A stretch of DNA of 57,574 nucleotides, filler included, from Bipalium vagum (lineage: Eukaryota), in NCBI GenBank assembly GCA_037834085.1. It is 3 parts of 3 records of this genome, joined end to end, with 100 filler letters (N's around TTAATTAATTAA, not from the genome) between each part and the next. Parts side by side here need not be neighbours in the genome. Positions count along the whole stretch, not along the records: positions 1 to 15,762 come from JBBMKC010146881.1; positions 15,863 to 32,982 come from JBBMKC010077885.1; 1 more part is not named here. One strand, written 5' to 3'. Below, piece after piece: positions 10,079-21,806 of the stretch. The position numbers and the translations under genes were made by a program. The first letter of the stretch is position 1, and every line of letters starts with the position of its first letter. The notes under the pieces were generated by a model, which was given only the letters and a program-made list of their open reading frames with translations, ran no database searches and was not told where the DNA came from.

Positions 10079-13000
10079 TTAATTTTGGTGAGAGGTAAAC
10101 ACTCTTATAATCTCTTTAACATCAGATCTACAAACAGGACAAGACATCAGACCTCCGTTCGCAGAGACCTGATACTGAATTGAACATGGGTAGCAAAGGC
10201 AAAGGTGTCCACACTGATACATAATTGTATCCGACTGAGCATTTAGACAAATGACACAAGCATTTGGGATATCGAGGTTTTGGTTTCTTTGAGTTGTACC
10301 TAAATTGACAAGGGTTTGTGTCATTGATCATATTATTATATTCCCAACCATTCAGGAGTGACGATAATACGGTATTGAGATCCTGTCGAATGTATCTTTG
10401 AGTTTCGATTTGAGACTGCAACATTATTCGCATCATTGCTCTCATTTCCGTTATCTCATTCCTCATAGAATGAAGGATGTGGTTTTGATGAATGTTTTCC
10501 GTAGTCAGACGGTCGCGCTAAGACAAAAATTATCTTTGACCTTTGATATTAATAAGACCTACCCGTCTCCCTGTTCCATTGAAACTGCTGGTACTCCCTT
10601 GGGTTGAGTGAGCATTGTTCTGATTACGCATTACATACCTGGTCTAATTAATATTATCATAATTAAAGAATTAATTTCGTGGATGAATATTATTTAAAGT
10701 TTGAAATAAAATTGAAAATTTCTTGTATTATTATTAAAAAATTCAACAAGTGTACCGCAACCCTTGGATGCAGGAATTATCCATAGTATTAGGTCAAAGT
10801 TTTATAAATATCACTTGTCTGTTATTGGTAAATTCGGTCCTGTATCAAACGGTTTAAGACGCAATAATGTATGTCATTTGGACATGGGGAGATGTCCAAT
10901 CGGTTAATATTAATAATTTTTGCAACAAAACGAAACTTGTAAAACAGATCAATGGTACCTTACATGAAACAGAAAATGATAACATCAAAGAATGGATATA
11001 AGAAATGCATTTAAACGATTCTGCAGATAAAAATGTCTTCTACAAATACTTTGAAATTGAAAAGGTTTTAATTTGAGCATGAAACTCCGAGGGTCGCAGA
11101 TGTCAGTCATGATCAATCAAATGTGATTAATGCCAATATCATCTGTGATGAAGAACAAATTGAATCATCATGAATGATAATGTTCAGGGGTTGTATAAAT
11201 TAAAAACCGATTTATATCAAGGAACAAGTAAAATGGATATATAAAGCTCATTGAAGCTCACCTACGATTACGTGACTATGGATAAAAGGAAATAAAGATA
11301 CAAGACAATGTGCGATTACTTTAATAAACAAAGTTCTGATTAAGCTGTAGTATTACTTTGTCATTTGTTTTGCTTAACTTAATAATGTACCAATTTTTAT
11401 TACACATTAGATCATGAGCCAATGTTTCCAACCTCATATTTTCCCAGAAAATGAAGGGTATACTGTATAAATTTCAACTTCAAAATATATAATACAGGAT
11501 ATCAAATACGGTTAGGTCCATCATAGAATCTATCGTTTGTAAAAAAATTTTAAAATATATTGACGTGAAATGCTACGGTAACATTTCATATGTAAAGGTG
11601 GAAGTCTATAAATAAGTCAATAAATATAAGTTACAATAAATATACATTCAGATCTGTCTATAAGAAAAATTGCATAGAAGAGAAAAAATGCTTTAAGAAG
11701 CAATTTTTAGAATATTTGAAATTTATAAGAAACATTGCTTTTTAGGAACAGTGATCACGAATTTAGAAAAAAATGTTTACATTTTAATAAAAATTATTAT
11801 TTAACAAGAAACCGACTTTGTTTTAATAATACAGTGTTATTAAATTTTTTTCAAAAATTACATTATTAATTATAATTGTTTTAATGAACAAAAGTTAGAG
11901 GTCATCAATTTTTTAAAACTTCATCCGATGTTTACTCAAAGACAAGTAAGCTGCAAATTTAAAATGCCTCTTGTCGTTATTAATAAGATTTTGCAAAATG
12001 AGAAAATGATTACAAAAGTCTTAAAAAGTTGGAACAAGAAGTATAATACAGGGTTTTCACTGGGCTTAATCACATTTTCAGATGATTTTAATTGTCAATT
12101 TTATTTAATTATGAGTAAAATCATTTGAAAATTTGAATAAACCAAGTGAAAAACCCTGTATCATCTTTTATAATGTTTTAAATGCTGAAGTAAAAAGAAA
12201 ATATTTATTTTTAAAATTGGACAAAAACTTAAAGGGTTTAAGGTCAGAAATGAACTTGAGTGCATACCTCAACGGTATGACTTAGAAAATTGATGATAAG
12301 CTCAGGTTTTTTTTAAACGATTAAAATGTATCAGAACCCTTTTGATGTTTTAACACATGCACTTTAATTTGTTTTTGTAAATTTATATCTCCTGTGTATT
12401 ATTATTATTATTATTATTTAGCTTAATAGATAAAATTCAGCATAATTCTTCCAAATTGTTGATTTCAGAGCGTTAGTAATTTCACTTTTCTCAATGATAA
12501 TCGTACTTCCGAACTGTGAGGTATCCTGAGAACATAGGCCATACAAACATATGTATGACCTTTCTAGATTATCTCAGTAAATTTCATAATGTTACAGACG
12601 GTTTCCTCACCGATAGTTTTGAAATTGGAGATAGGGATATTAAAATTAGAAAAATTGGAAGAAAAAACCCATTAATTAAAATCCCTTTTTAATAAAAACT
12701 TCACTCACCCAAAGAGTGTTTTCCAAGTGGGTTCTGAAAACACTCTGAAGCATATTGGAAACTATTTGGTAGTTCAACAGCGCATTTAGCTCTGGATCTT
12801 GATCTGGATCAATGACCTCCTCAATATTAACGCTGGTTCTATTGATGATTAGTATTATATTTTACCCAAGTCCGATCAATAACCTTTGTACTGGGGCTTG
12901 TTGGCTCGATCTCGTTCTTGGGATATTGACAGTTGTCAGGCTTAATAAAAATAAATATCAAAATAAGTCTAAGATACGAAGCTGTTCCACTAAAAAATTT

Positions 13001-13637
13001 CTGTTTAAAGTTTAAAAGAACAACATAACTTTATTTTGTGTTCCATGGTCGATCTGATTCAGTTCAGTTACTTAAGTCAAGGAGAAACTATGACATCAGA
13101 GAGATATTATCAAAAGATCACAAAACGGAAAGAACTTGCAATCTTTGGGTCCCGCTTCTGTCAAAGGAATACATGCAATAATTTTTCAAGACAATGGCCG
13201 GAGAAAAGTTGCAAAACAATTTCTACAGAAGTCAAATGATTTGAGATATGAAAGTCTGTGTCATCCAACCTATTGACTCTCTTTTTTTTTATCATCTCTC
13301 TTACTTTTCTCAATAAAATTTTTCCATAACAATATGCTTCTTCGGAATGCCTTCCGATTCCAGAAGATCAGACTTCGAAGTCATTGGAATAAATAAACTC
13401 ATTCCTCATTCGGAGAAATGTGTTATTTGTCATTGATCACATTGTGAATAAAAAACACTTTCCTCAGTCCTGAGATTTTTTATAATTCATTTGTCTGTTA
13501 AGAATACAATTATTTTCTCACCAATCCGATACATATGGTTCATTTTACACTGACAAATAAAGAGTGCGTTACCTTGGCATATTATAACAAATATTGCATT
13601 GAAACATTGCTGAAAAATTATTTGAAAATCTTTGCAT
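10079..13637 (-). CDS. RING-HC (neuralized-type C3HC4) E3 ubiquitin ligase, about 246 aa, 6 exons
   Basis: Exons 13573-13637, 12866-12940, 12709-12838, 10563-10643, 10349-10517, 10079-10299; all introns GT-AG with consistent phases (741 nt total). Motifs ELNALLNYQIVSNMLQSVFRTHLE, MLQSQIETQRYIRQDL and CVIC...CGHLCLCYPC...CPVCR. The first exon is the least certain. Confidence 0.8.
11880..12046 (+). mobile_element. pogo/Tigger-like transposase N-terminal HTH relic
   Basis: NEQKLEVINFLKLHPMFTQRQVSCKFKMPLVVINKILQNEKMI resembles the CENP-B/psq HTH; cut at a TA by the MITE. Confidence 0.5.
12049..12158. mobile_element. 110-bp hairpin MITE (Tc1/mariner superfamily)
   Basis: TA|CAGGGTTTTCAC...GTGAAAAACCCTG|TA with imperfect inverted arms of about 40 bp and TA flanks. 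Confidence 0.85.
13030..13531 (+). mobile_element. mariner relic (3' half)
   Basis: DLIQFSYLSQGETMTSERYYQ resembles mariner G-x3-ELL-x2-GETIT...YC; HPxY remnant; TIR-like TTCTCACCAATCCGATA end. Confidence 0.6.
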
Positions 13638-14104
13638 TCCACAATCAAATATTGACAGAAGACGTTTTTAAATAATATAAATTTAAAGTATAATTAAAAA
13701 GTTTGTTCAGAGTTCAAAGCATCTCTGAAAGTCATTCATAGACAAAGGAGTTTGAGTAGTGTTAAGATGTCCAAAGAAAATGAAGATAGAACTGAAATTT
13801 TAAACTGAGGACATTACTTTGTATTGATTGAAAAAATTGAAAATAAATTTTATTTATCGATTTTAAGCTTTAGGGTCTATGTTGGTTTTGCTTAGACATT
13901 TTAACACAACTGGTTGGACTACTTTGTTAATCACCTGGGATAAAACGGAAGAGCTTTTTATTGGAGGGAAAAAAGAAGAGATTTTTAATGAAGGGAAAAG
14001 TCGGAAAAAGGTCTATTTTGACAAAATGTTAATTACAACAAACTTAACATTGTCAAAATAGAGGTGGAAACGGTGTATATAAGTGGGTAAATAATTTGCA
14101 TTAT

Positions 14105-15018
14105 ATGCATACAAATATGCGTAATCATTATTATCAGAAAAATCTCGAACAAATCTGTAATGGTACAACAGATGTAATTGTTAATTACCTTTTTTCTAAA
14201 GGTGTTTTCAAACGGTGTTTACCATGTAAATGCTGTGCAAAGCCAATGCGATACAAGCCATATACAAGAAATAAGGATGGCATTGCATTTAGGTGCACAG
14301 AAACAACATGTACCATTTATAAGAAATATATTAGCATACAAAAGGTTCTATTTTCGTGAGATATCGATTTCATTTAAGTACTGGTTTGAAGTTCCTATGG
14401 AAATGGACAATAAATGAAAAAGAAACTGACATAAAGAAAGAAGTCGATGTTGATAAAAAAGTTTTGATTGACTTCTATGATGACTTAAGAAAATGTTGTG
14501 ATAATTATTACCCAGTAAATCCTTGTAAATTGGGTGGTCAAGGAATTATATGCCAGATTGATGAAAGTTTATTTAGACATAAACCTAAATATCATCGAGG
14601 ACGTGCAACTGAAAACGAAATCTGGGTATTTGGAATTGCAGATATCAGTCATGAACCATCAAAAATATATTTGGAGGTAGTTGAAAATAGAAAAGCAGAT
14701 ACTCTACTACCTATAGTTAAAAGTTTATGCCGAGTGGGTACAGTTATTATAAGTGATCAATGGAAAGCTTAAAATGATATTTTAAAAATTGGATTTCGTC
14801 ATTTGAAAGTCAACCATTCGTTATATTTTCTACATCAAAAAACACATGCAAATACACAAGCAATAGAATCTTATTGGGCAAAAGTTAAATACCGAATTAA
14901 AATTTTAAAAAAAGGTATATTAGGAGATAAAATCGGTTTTTATCTGAAAGAGTTGACGTGGAAGGTTAATGTTTTCAATGATGATTGGAACAATCTTTTG
15001 AATCTAATAAAAGTTTAA
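14105..15018 (+). mobile_element. Merlin (IS1016/ISXO2-like, DDE_Tnp_IS1595) transposase with one frameshift and one nonsense codon
   Basis: Zn ribbon CKCC...FRC...C; ICQIDESLF...KYHRGR; WVFG; IISDQWKA*; VNHS; HANTQAIESYW. Frameshift near 14345, stop at 14770-14772. Confidence 0.92.
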
Positions 15019-15639
15019 TTATTGGTATTTTATTGTTTTATTGTCTTTTTATTTATTGTTTTAATTTTTATTGGTTTAATTTAGATTTTTTTGAGGGGGA
15101 AGGTAAAAGATCCCATTGGACTGAAGACAATTTTCAATTGATTACGAAAGTTTTGACAATATTCTTTTGGAGTTCAGTTTCAATTTGCACCGGTGGCAAA
15201 TTTTTGATGTCATTATAAGTGGTATGAAAAGTGATCAGTCCACTAATCATTTGCTTGGAAATTGTAAAGGATGAAAATAGTTATTTTTAAAGGTCCAATG
15301 ACGAAGAAATTTATGAAAGGATATTTCTAGCACAGTGCAGGTATTCAGTATAATTTTCTTGCTACTAATACCACCCAGTGAAACCCTTCTCCGATTTGTG
15401 ACATTTAGGTCTGCACAAAAGTGGATGCACACAGGCTCCCCGTTTTTGCAGAGACTTCTCTGATTTGGGATATCATTTTGTTCCCCGATCTTGCTTATTT
15501 TTTAACTTCGGAAAAATTGCAAAAAGATCATTATTGATTTATTTTATTTCCTTATCTGTTTGGTAATATTTTCATAGAAACCAATATAATGTAACTTTTA
15601 TATTCTATAAATATATTTGTCATTGATAATTTTTTATAT

Positions 15640-15695
15640 TTTATTTTTATTATTATTATTATCATTTATTTTTATTATCATTTATTTTTATTATC

Positions 15696-15751
<56 letters not shown>

Positions 15752-15762
15752 TTCTTATTATT
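15640..15762. repeat. (TTA)n microsatellite at contig end
   Basis: Imperfect then perfect TTA run up to the gap. Confidence 0.9.
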
Positions 15763-15862
15763 NNNNNNNNNNNNNNNNNNNNNNNNNNNNNNNNNNNNNN
15801 NNNNNNTTAATTAATTAANNNNNNNNNNNNNNNNNNNNNNNNNNNNNNNNNNNNNNNNNNNN
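15763..15862. other. Assembly gap linker N44-TTAATTAATTAA-N44
   Basis: Exactly 100 nt with a six-frame stop linker; identical at 32983-33082. Confidence 0.97.
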
Positions 15863-15940
15863 ATTATATTATATTATATTATATTATATTATATTATATT
15901 ATATTATATTATATTATATCATATTATATTATATTATATA
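15863..15940. repeat. (ATTAT)n pentanucleotide microsatellite
   Basis: Tandem ATTAT at the contig start. Confidence 0.92.
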
Positions 15941-17799
15941 AATATTTCGATTCTCATTTTGTAATTAAATGTTATACTCAGATTTTTATTTTTAATTTTA
16001 TTTTATCCACCTTTTTGTTATCTCTAATTTTATTTAGTTTCTCATTGAGTTTTTCTTAAAACATACTTAAACTATACTTAAAGAAGTATAATAATAAAAT
16101 ATAAAATTTTTAACATATAAATATATTTAAATATTAATTTTTTGAACAGAAATTTACTTTATATAAGTTAATAAATTATTTCATATCCTGATTGATTTAC
16201 AACCAAAACCAAAGAAAATTAAAACAATGAAGTATTAATAATAAATAATACTTCACACCTTTTGAAATCAACTAAGACTTTAAACAATTAACGGACTTTC
16301 TAACAGATAATTATTTTTCACTTAGAATAATAACAATGAAACAGATCAGTATGGAAACAAATCTAATTGTAATCCCTTCAACATTAAACCCAGGAATAAA
16401 ACCATGACACTCCAGTTTGTTCAAGAAATGTTAATATATAAATGATTTGGTACCAATAGTAAATGCAAACTTTGTGTCAATTAATTAAAATCTATTAGAT
16501 TTGTTTCATGATAACTGGTTATAATTAGTTTCACTTCGTTGATTTGACATCCATGATCAAGTGATACCTATACTTCCACTTTAATTAGCCAATCTTCAAA
16601 AGTTGATACCATTTTACTGCACCTTTCTTCAGTAGATTTCATTTTCATACGTTTGTTAGAATAGGATCACGGTCTGCAAAAAAGAAAGTGAGTGACATAT
16701 TTGAACTTGTTCACAAAAGAATTCAAGGATTTACGAACGGCGCATCATTTATTAAGCCGTAGATTCATTGCTTAGCTTCACTTTCATTTTAAAATGATTT
16801 CCCGTGAAGAGACGAATAATATCCGGAGAATGGGGAAAGTTTGGAAGAAAATTGACTGCAAAATGTTCATATTAGAAATATGACATTGTCATGGATAATA
16901 TTCTAATTGAGGACTTATTGTCATGTCCCCTTTTGTATTGAAACAATACCTTTAAAGATTTAATAGATTATAAGTAGTCAGCTACCTCTGAAATCAACGT
17001 TTCAGTCTTTAATAAAAACCTCACTCTTAAAATATCTATGGTGTTTCAACATTTCTGTTAGACACTTGAAACAATTTTGGTGCTTGTTGTTGATCTATGA
17101 CGATCTTTAAAACTTTTTTCAAGACCATGAAATGATTTGAAATAATTTACATTCCCAGTTTCAGTATGTCCTTGTTTTATCTTTTGTCATCTTTTTATGA
17201 CAAAAGTTTCTTATTCTGGAATTTGAAGAGCTCTCAGCGATTACATAAATTATATGTCTTATTCACTGGCTTCAATTCAAAAATATTTTACCCTAAACTA
17301 TAGAATATGAAGGTTACTTGAAAAGTTATGAAAGTAACACATAAAACAGTTTGACAGAAAATATTTCTCCTCTATCTTAATATATCATATTTCGCACATT
17401 AACAATTTATTTGGCTGTTTTACAATTTTATTATTGTTTAGCAAATGCTTGAATTTGGTTTGTCATTTATTATTTTTAATATGGAAAAGATTGATTATTT
17501 TTTGTTCGTGAAAGAATAAATGCATCACAATTCAGAGTAAAATTGTTTAGGTATTAGAAGAATTTTAACCGTCATTTTCAATTTTCCATTGAATGGCTTT
17601 GGAAATCAATCGAACAAGTATCAAAGGTGAAGCATGCATTGGGCTTTTTAAAAATGCCCTAGTACTAGTAATTGTTGAACAAATTCATGAAATTCTTAAG
17701 ATCCATGTGTATGTACGAGTGAAACTTTGGTCATCTCAAACGAACAAAACCTCTTTATAAATCAAATTAGAAAACCCCATCTATATTTTTTTAATATAA

Positions 17800-18270
17800 A
17801 TAAAATTTATTTTATGCGCAATTTTATAACTATGGACGAAATATGGATTTCCAGCCTTTTTCAAATTTGAAACGAGAACATTTACAGTGAACTGAAGCTA
17901 GATTTTTGTTGCAAAGCAGCTGACAAACGATTTTCGTGTGATTGCACAGTTTTCGGGATGTTAGAAGTATTCTACTGATAGATTTAATTTTGAGAATAAT
18001 TTCCTTGTGTTTGTTGTTGGGTTTGAGTTGACTGCCTCTTTGAGCAATTCAGAATCAAAAGCAGTTGGTCATCCTTTAAGGTGTGCATAATCCAAGTTGA
18101 TATCCCCATTTTTAAACTTTTCAAACAATTCTTGTACAGTTCTTTACCTTGCACTTCACATATCTTCCTTGTTACATCTAGTGCTTTCCAGTTTTCTTTC
18201 CAGTATTGTCTCAAAATGCCCCTGGTTTGGATCGGTATGAAGCACATTTTGAAAGTAATATCTGCATAAT
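17800..18270 (-). mobile_element. mariner relic (N-terminal HTH)
   Basis: TRGILRQYWKENWKALDVTRKICEVQG resembles the mariner HTH; frameshifted. Confidence 0.65.
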
Positions 18271-18519
18271 TTTTTAAATAAACTACATGTTTATAATATT
18301 TATACAATTAGCATAATACCATATAATTATTGAATATAATATCAATTAATGATTATTTAGATATTTGAAAGCTTATATACTTAAAATATTTCATTGTAGA
18401 GGAAAGTTATAAAAAATGACAGCTATTTTGACTAACCCTAAAATCATTTTAAATATTAAGAAATAATGGTGAATGATAATAAAATTCTTTGATTTGATAT
18501 AAAATATTTTGACAATGTA

Positions 18520-18880
18520 AAGTTTAATTTTCACAAAATTATCGGCTGAACAGCAAAATGTTATTAAAGAATGAATAGATGAAGACTGTTCGATTTCTTT
18601 AACAAAGATTGCTAATAAATGTTTGAAAGAATTCAATGTAACGGTTTAAAAGACTACAATCAACAATATTATATCAGATTTTAATTATAACTAGTGCATA
18701 ATATTCCAGAAAAAGGAATGATGCATTTAATATACAATCAAGATTTTTCAATGCACAGGAATTTATTAAACTTCCTTATCAAGTTTCTGAAAGTAACGTA
18801 TTTTTTATTGACGAAGTTGGTTTTAATATAAGCATGAGAGCTAATAGAGATCGATCTTTTAAAGAAAAAAACCTATTCAG
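18520..18880 (+). mobile_element. IS630/Tc1-like (DDE_3) transposase relic
   Basis: IDEDCSISLTKI and FIDEVGFNISMRANRDRS motifs. Confidence 0.7.
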
Positions 18881-19068
18881 GTATGAACATATACCTCTTG
18901 TAATTAAAATTTTGTCAAACTAGAATTTTTCAATGTCAAAAATTACCTTAACGTTGTCAAAATGGAGGTGAAAACGGTGTAAATAAAAATTATATTGTTA
19001 TCATAAGTATCATTATTACCATTATTATATTATATTAATATATTTAAATAGTTATAAATAAAAATTGA

Positions 19069-21589
19069 TCAAAACCCCCATTCACCTCATTATTTAAAAC
19101 GAATAATATTTTGTTTGATAATTTTAAGCTCACTATCAAAAGACAAAACGTCACGTTTGAAAAAGACCTATCCTGCAATTTCAAACACTCAAAAAATCAA
19201 TACGTCATTGAAAAATATGGATTTCAATTTTTAAGTGAGAATGAAGTCCTTCGTGAAATATGGTCAGATAAACAGTCAAACACGTTTCTAGAATTCCAAT
19301 CTATGAAATTCTTCGTGGAAAAAGAGTCAGAATATTTTGTGCTCAGCTGGACAAACTCAAGACCTCTAGGTCGCACTGATCTTATAAATATTCAACTTCA
19401 AAATGGTAAATCAAAATCTTGAAATATCCATTATGCTAACTATTTAAAACGAATCTATTTTGACTTAATTAATTAATAACATTTTCTTTTTATTTATTAA
19501 CGACAAATTGATATGTTCATCTTTCAATTTTGTCTTTGATATTGATATTTCAGAATAAATTTTAAATATAATATAATTATTTATTACGATATATACAGGT
19601 TGTCCGGGATAAATTGGGAATTTTTGATAAAGCAAAAAAACAAGTAAAAAGAACAACCTCTTAAGTATATTTAAATAAAAATTTGTACAAAACAATGTGA
19701 GACTTTACAAAATAAAATTTAATTTTGCATGAGATGCCAGAGCCGTTTCTAGTCTGGATCGAAACTTGGTACATGTTCGTTTTACTCGTTCCCGACTCAA
19801 ATTCCCTATTACCTTCATGATTGCATCGTTTAATGAATTGATAATGCTGTTAGCATTTTCGTTGACAAGTGTCTTATTATTCGTCATAGGTAGAAAGTCG
19901 AGGGGATTGCAATCAGAGCTAAAAAAACCGCAAATCTGGTGATCAATGTAAAATTTGATTTTCATATGCCCGTGTCTGAGTGTTCGTTCCTTTATCCTAT
20001 TGAAGAATAGCATGTTCATGATTTACTTAGGCTTTTCAACAAGCTTTCTAACTAAAAGAAATACGTGTCCTCAGACCCGTAGCTAGTAATATCTATTTCT
20101 TCCAATATATTTTTATTTATATTTCCTTTAAGACTTCCAGTTCTTTAGTTTGAGTTAAGAAATTTATTTTTACTTTCTATGCATTTTATTGGATGTACAC
20201 GGCTATTTATAAATTGAGTATTTAAACAAATCAAATTTTTGATATAATTAGCTTCCGTGGCTTATGAAAAAATCTTAGAATAGTTGCTAACATGGGTTAC
20301 CTTAGCAATTTTCTAGAATAGTCTATGGTGCAATATACTGGTCGAATTAATTAAAAATCCACCCTTTATTTAAGACCAAATCATATTATCATTTTATTAT
20401 ATTAACAAAATCACTATTTTAAAGATGGGAATAGATACCTATGTCTTCATAAAATATTAAAGAAACATTTTATCGAAACAAAAGATTTAGTTACGAAAGA
20501 TATTACTGAAATATGTATCATGGGTGTAAAAATGGTGCGAAATATTTGTCTACATACATTAATCAATATAACAAATTTTAATAGTGTTCTTTCCATTGGC
20601 AATCCAAAAATTTTTTAAATAAATGATTAATAATAATAATAATTTATTATTCATCTTATACTAGTATTTCATAAATAATACGACCCAGTATAAATGCATT
20701 AACAAAACCGCATGGGAAATAATAAAATATTAATTATGATTTAATGACGTACTAAAATTGGATAAGCGCAAAGGCCAGTAAAATGTTATAGAGTTTTTCC
20801 GATCACGTTTTTTTATTAATATGTTTTTTTATTTTATAATTATTCGTTCAGTTCATAAAAGTATTAAAAATTCAATATTCATAAATTTTTCATTGTATAA
20901 TTTATTTTTGTGTTATGAAAATAAAAGGAAAAAATTCCACCTAATTTATATGTATAACGATTTTCCTTCACTGATTAATTAATAATTTATTAATTAATAA
21001 TAATAATTTTTATCATTTAGGAAAGAAAATTCAATCGGAAAACATCACCATGAATGAACCTAAAAGCAAAAAAATAATCAAATTCCCAAATATTTCTGAA
21101 ACGGTTGAAGTGTGCCTGTTGCTTTCTGTTAGAAAACTGACGGTTACAGGGTATGAAGACTCATACATAAATGTATATTGTAGACTGTTTTCACCAATGC
21201 CCATATGTACACCAACCAAGGATGAGTCTTCATATCTTTACTTAATCACTCTAGCTGCATCATTTGCGTTATCCACCATAATATTATTATCCTATATCGC
21301 AGTGAAACACTGTCGCCGAAAACGTTCTCCAACCGAAGCCCATGCCTTAGATGATATAAAACGAGAAACATTTAACAACCAAGACAATGATGATATCTTA
21401 ACAATATGTGACAAAATACCATCTGATTATGTGGATTCATTGTACTCTAATGGTAAACCCGGCTCATCAAACCACAACTTTAAATTAAGAAAACCTCACA
21501 GGAACCAAAACGCTTATGTTAGTATGGAAAACCCTACCGACTACCGAATATCAACAATGGATAATATTTACGATGATTTTGAGCTTTAA
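19069..21589 (+). CDS. Single-pass type I membrane protein (FN3-like ectodomain part, Tyr-motif tail), 5' incomplete
   Basis: Exon ending 19405 (GT 19406) joins in frame to exon 21021-21589 (NG|KKIQ). Hydrophobic segment YLYLITLAASFALSTIILLSYIAV followed by KHCRRKR; tail has LYSN, AYVSM, IYDDF. No start codon or signal peptide found. Confidence 0.65.
19596..20050 (-). mobile_element. maT (DD37D)-type relic within intron
   Basis: TA|CAGGTTGTCC terminus; SSDCNPLDF...VKRTCTKFRSRLETAL matches the maT C-terminus. Confidence 0.75.
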
Positions 21590-21806
21590 TGTAACATGAT
21601 ATTTAATAATAAAAAAACACGAAAATAAATAAGCAAATGAGTGATTGGGAATACACGGTAAAATCCGGAATGTGATCATATATAAAGGATTTTTAATAAA
21701 TAATTAAATACATAACTGTTATAGACATCTTAATTCAATCCGATAAACTGTCATTTAGAAATAATGAAAAAAAATAAATGTCATCATCTTTGTCATTTAT
21801 TTTGTT

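Noticed and set aside
15617-15814. Leu-rich membrane ORF
   Set aside because: Translation of a (TTA)n microsatellite running into Ns.
15807-15818. TTAATTAATTAA as a biological motif (piggyBac TTAA site or PacI array)
   Set aside because: It is centred in N runs and repeated identically; an assembly linker.
16380-17250. Possible very decayed Gypsy RT on the minus strand
   Set aside because: Only faint motif resemblance; not supportable without a search.
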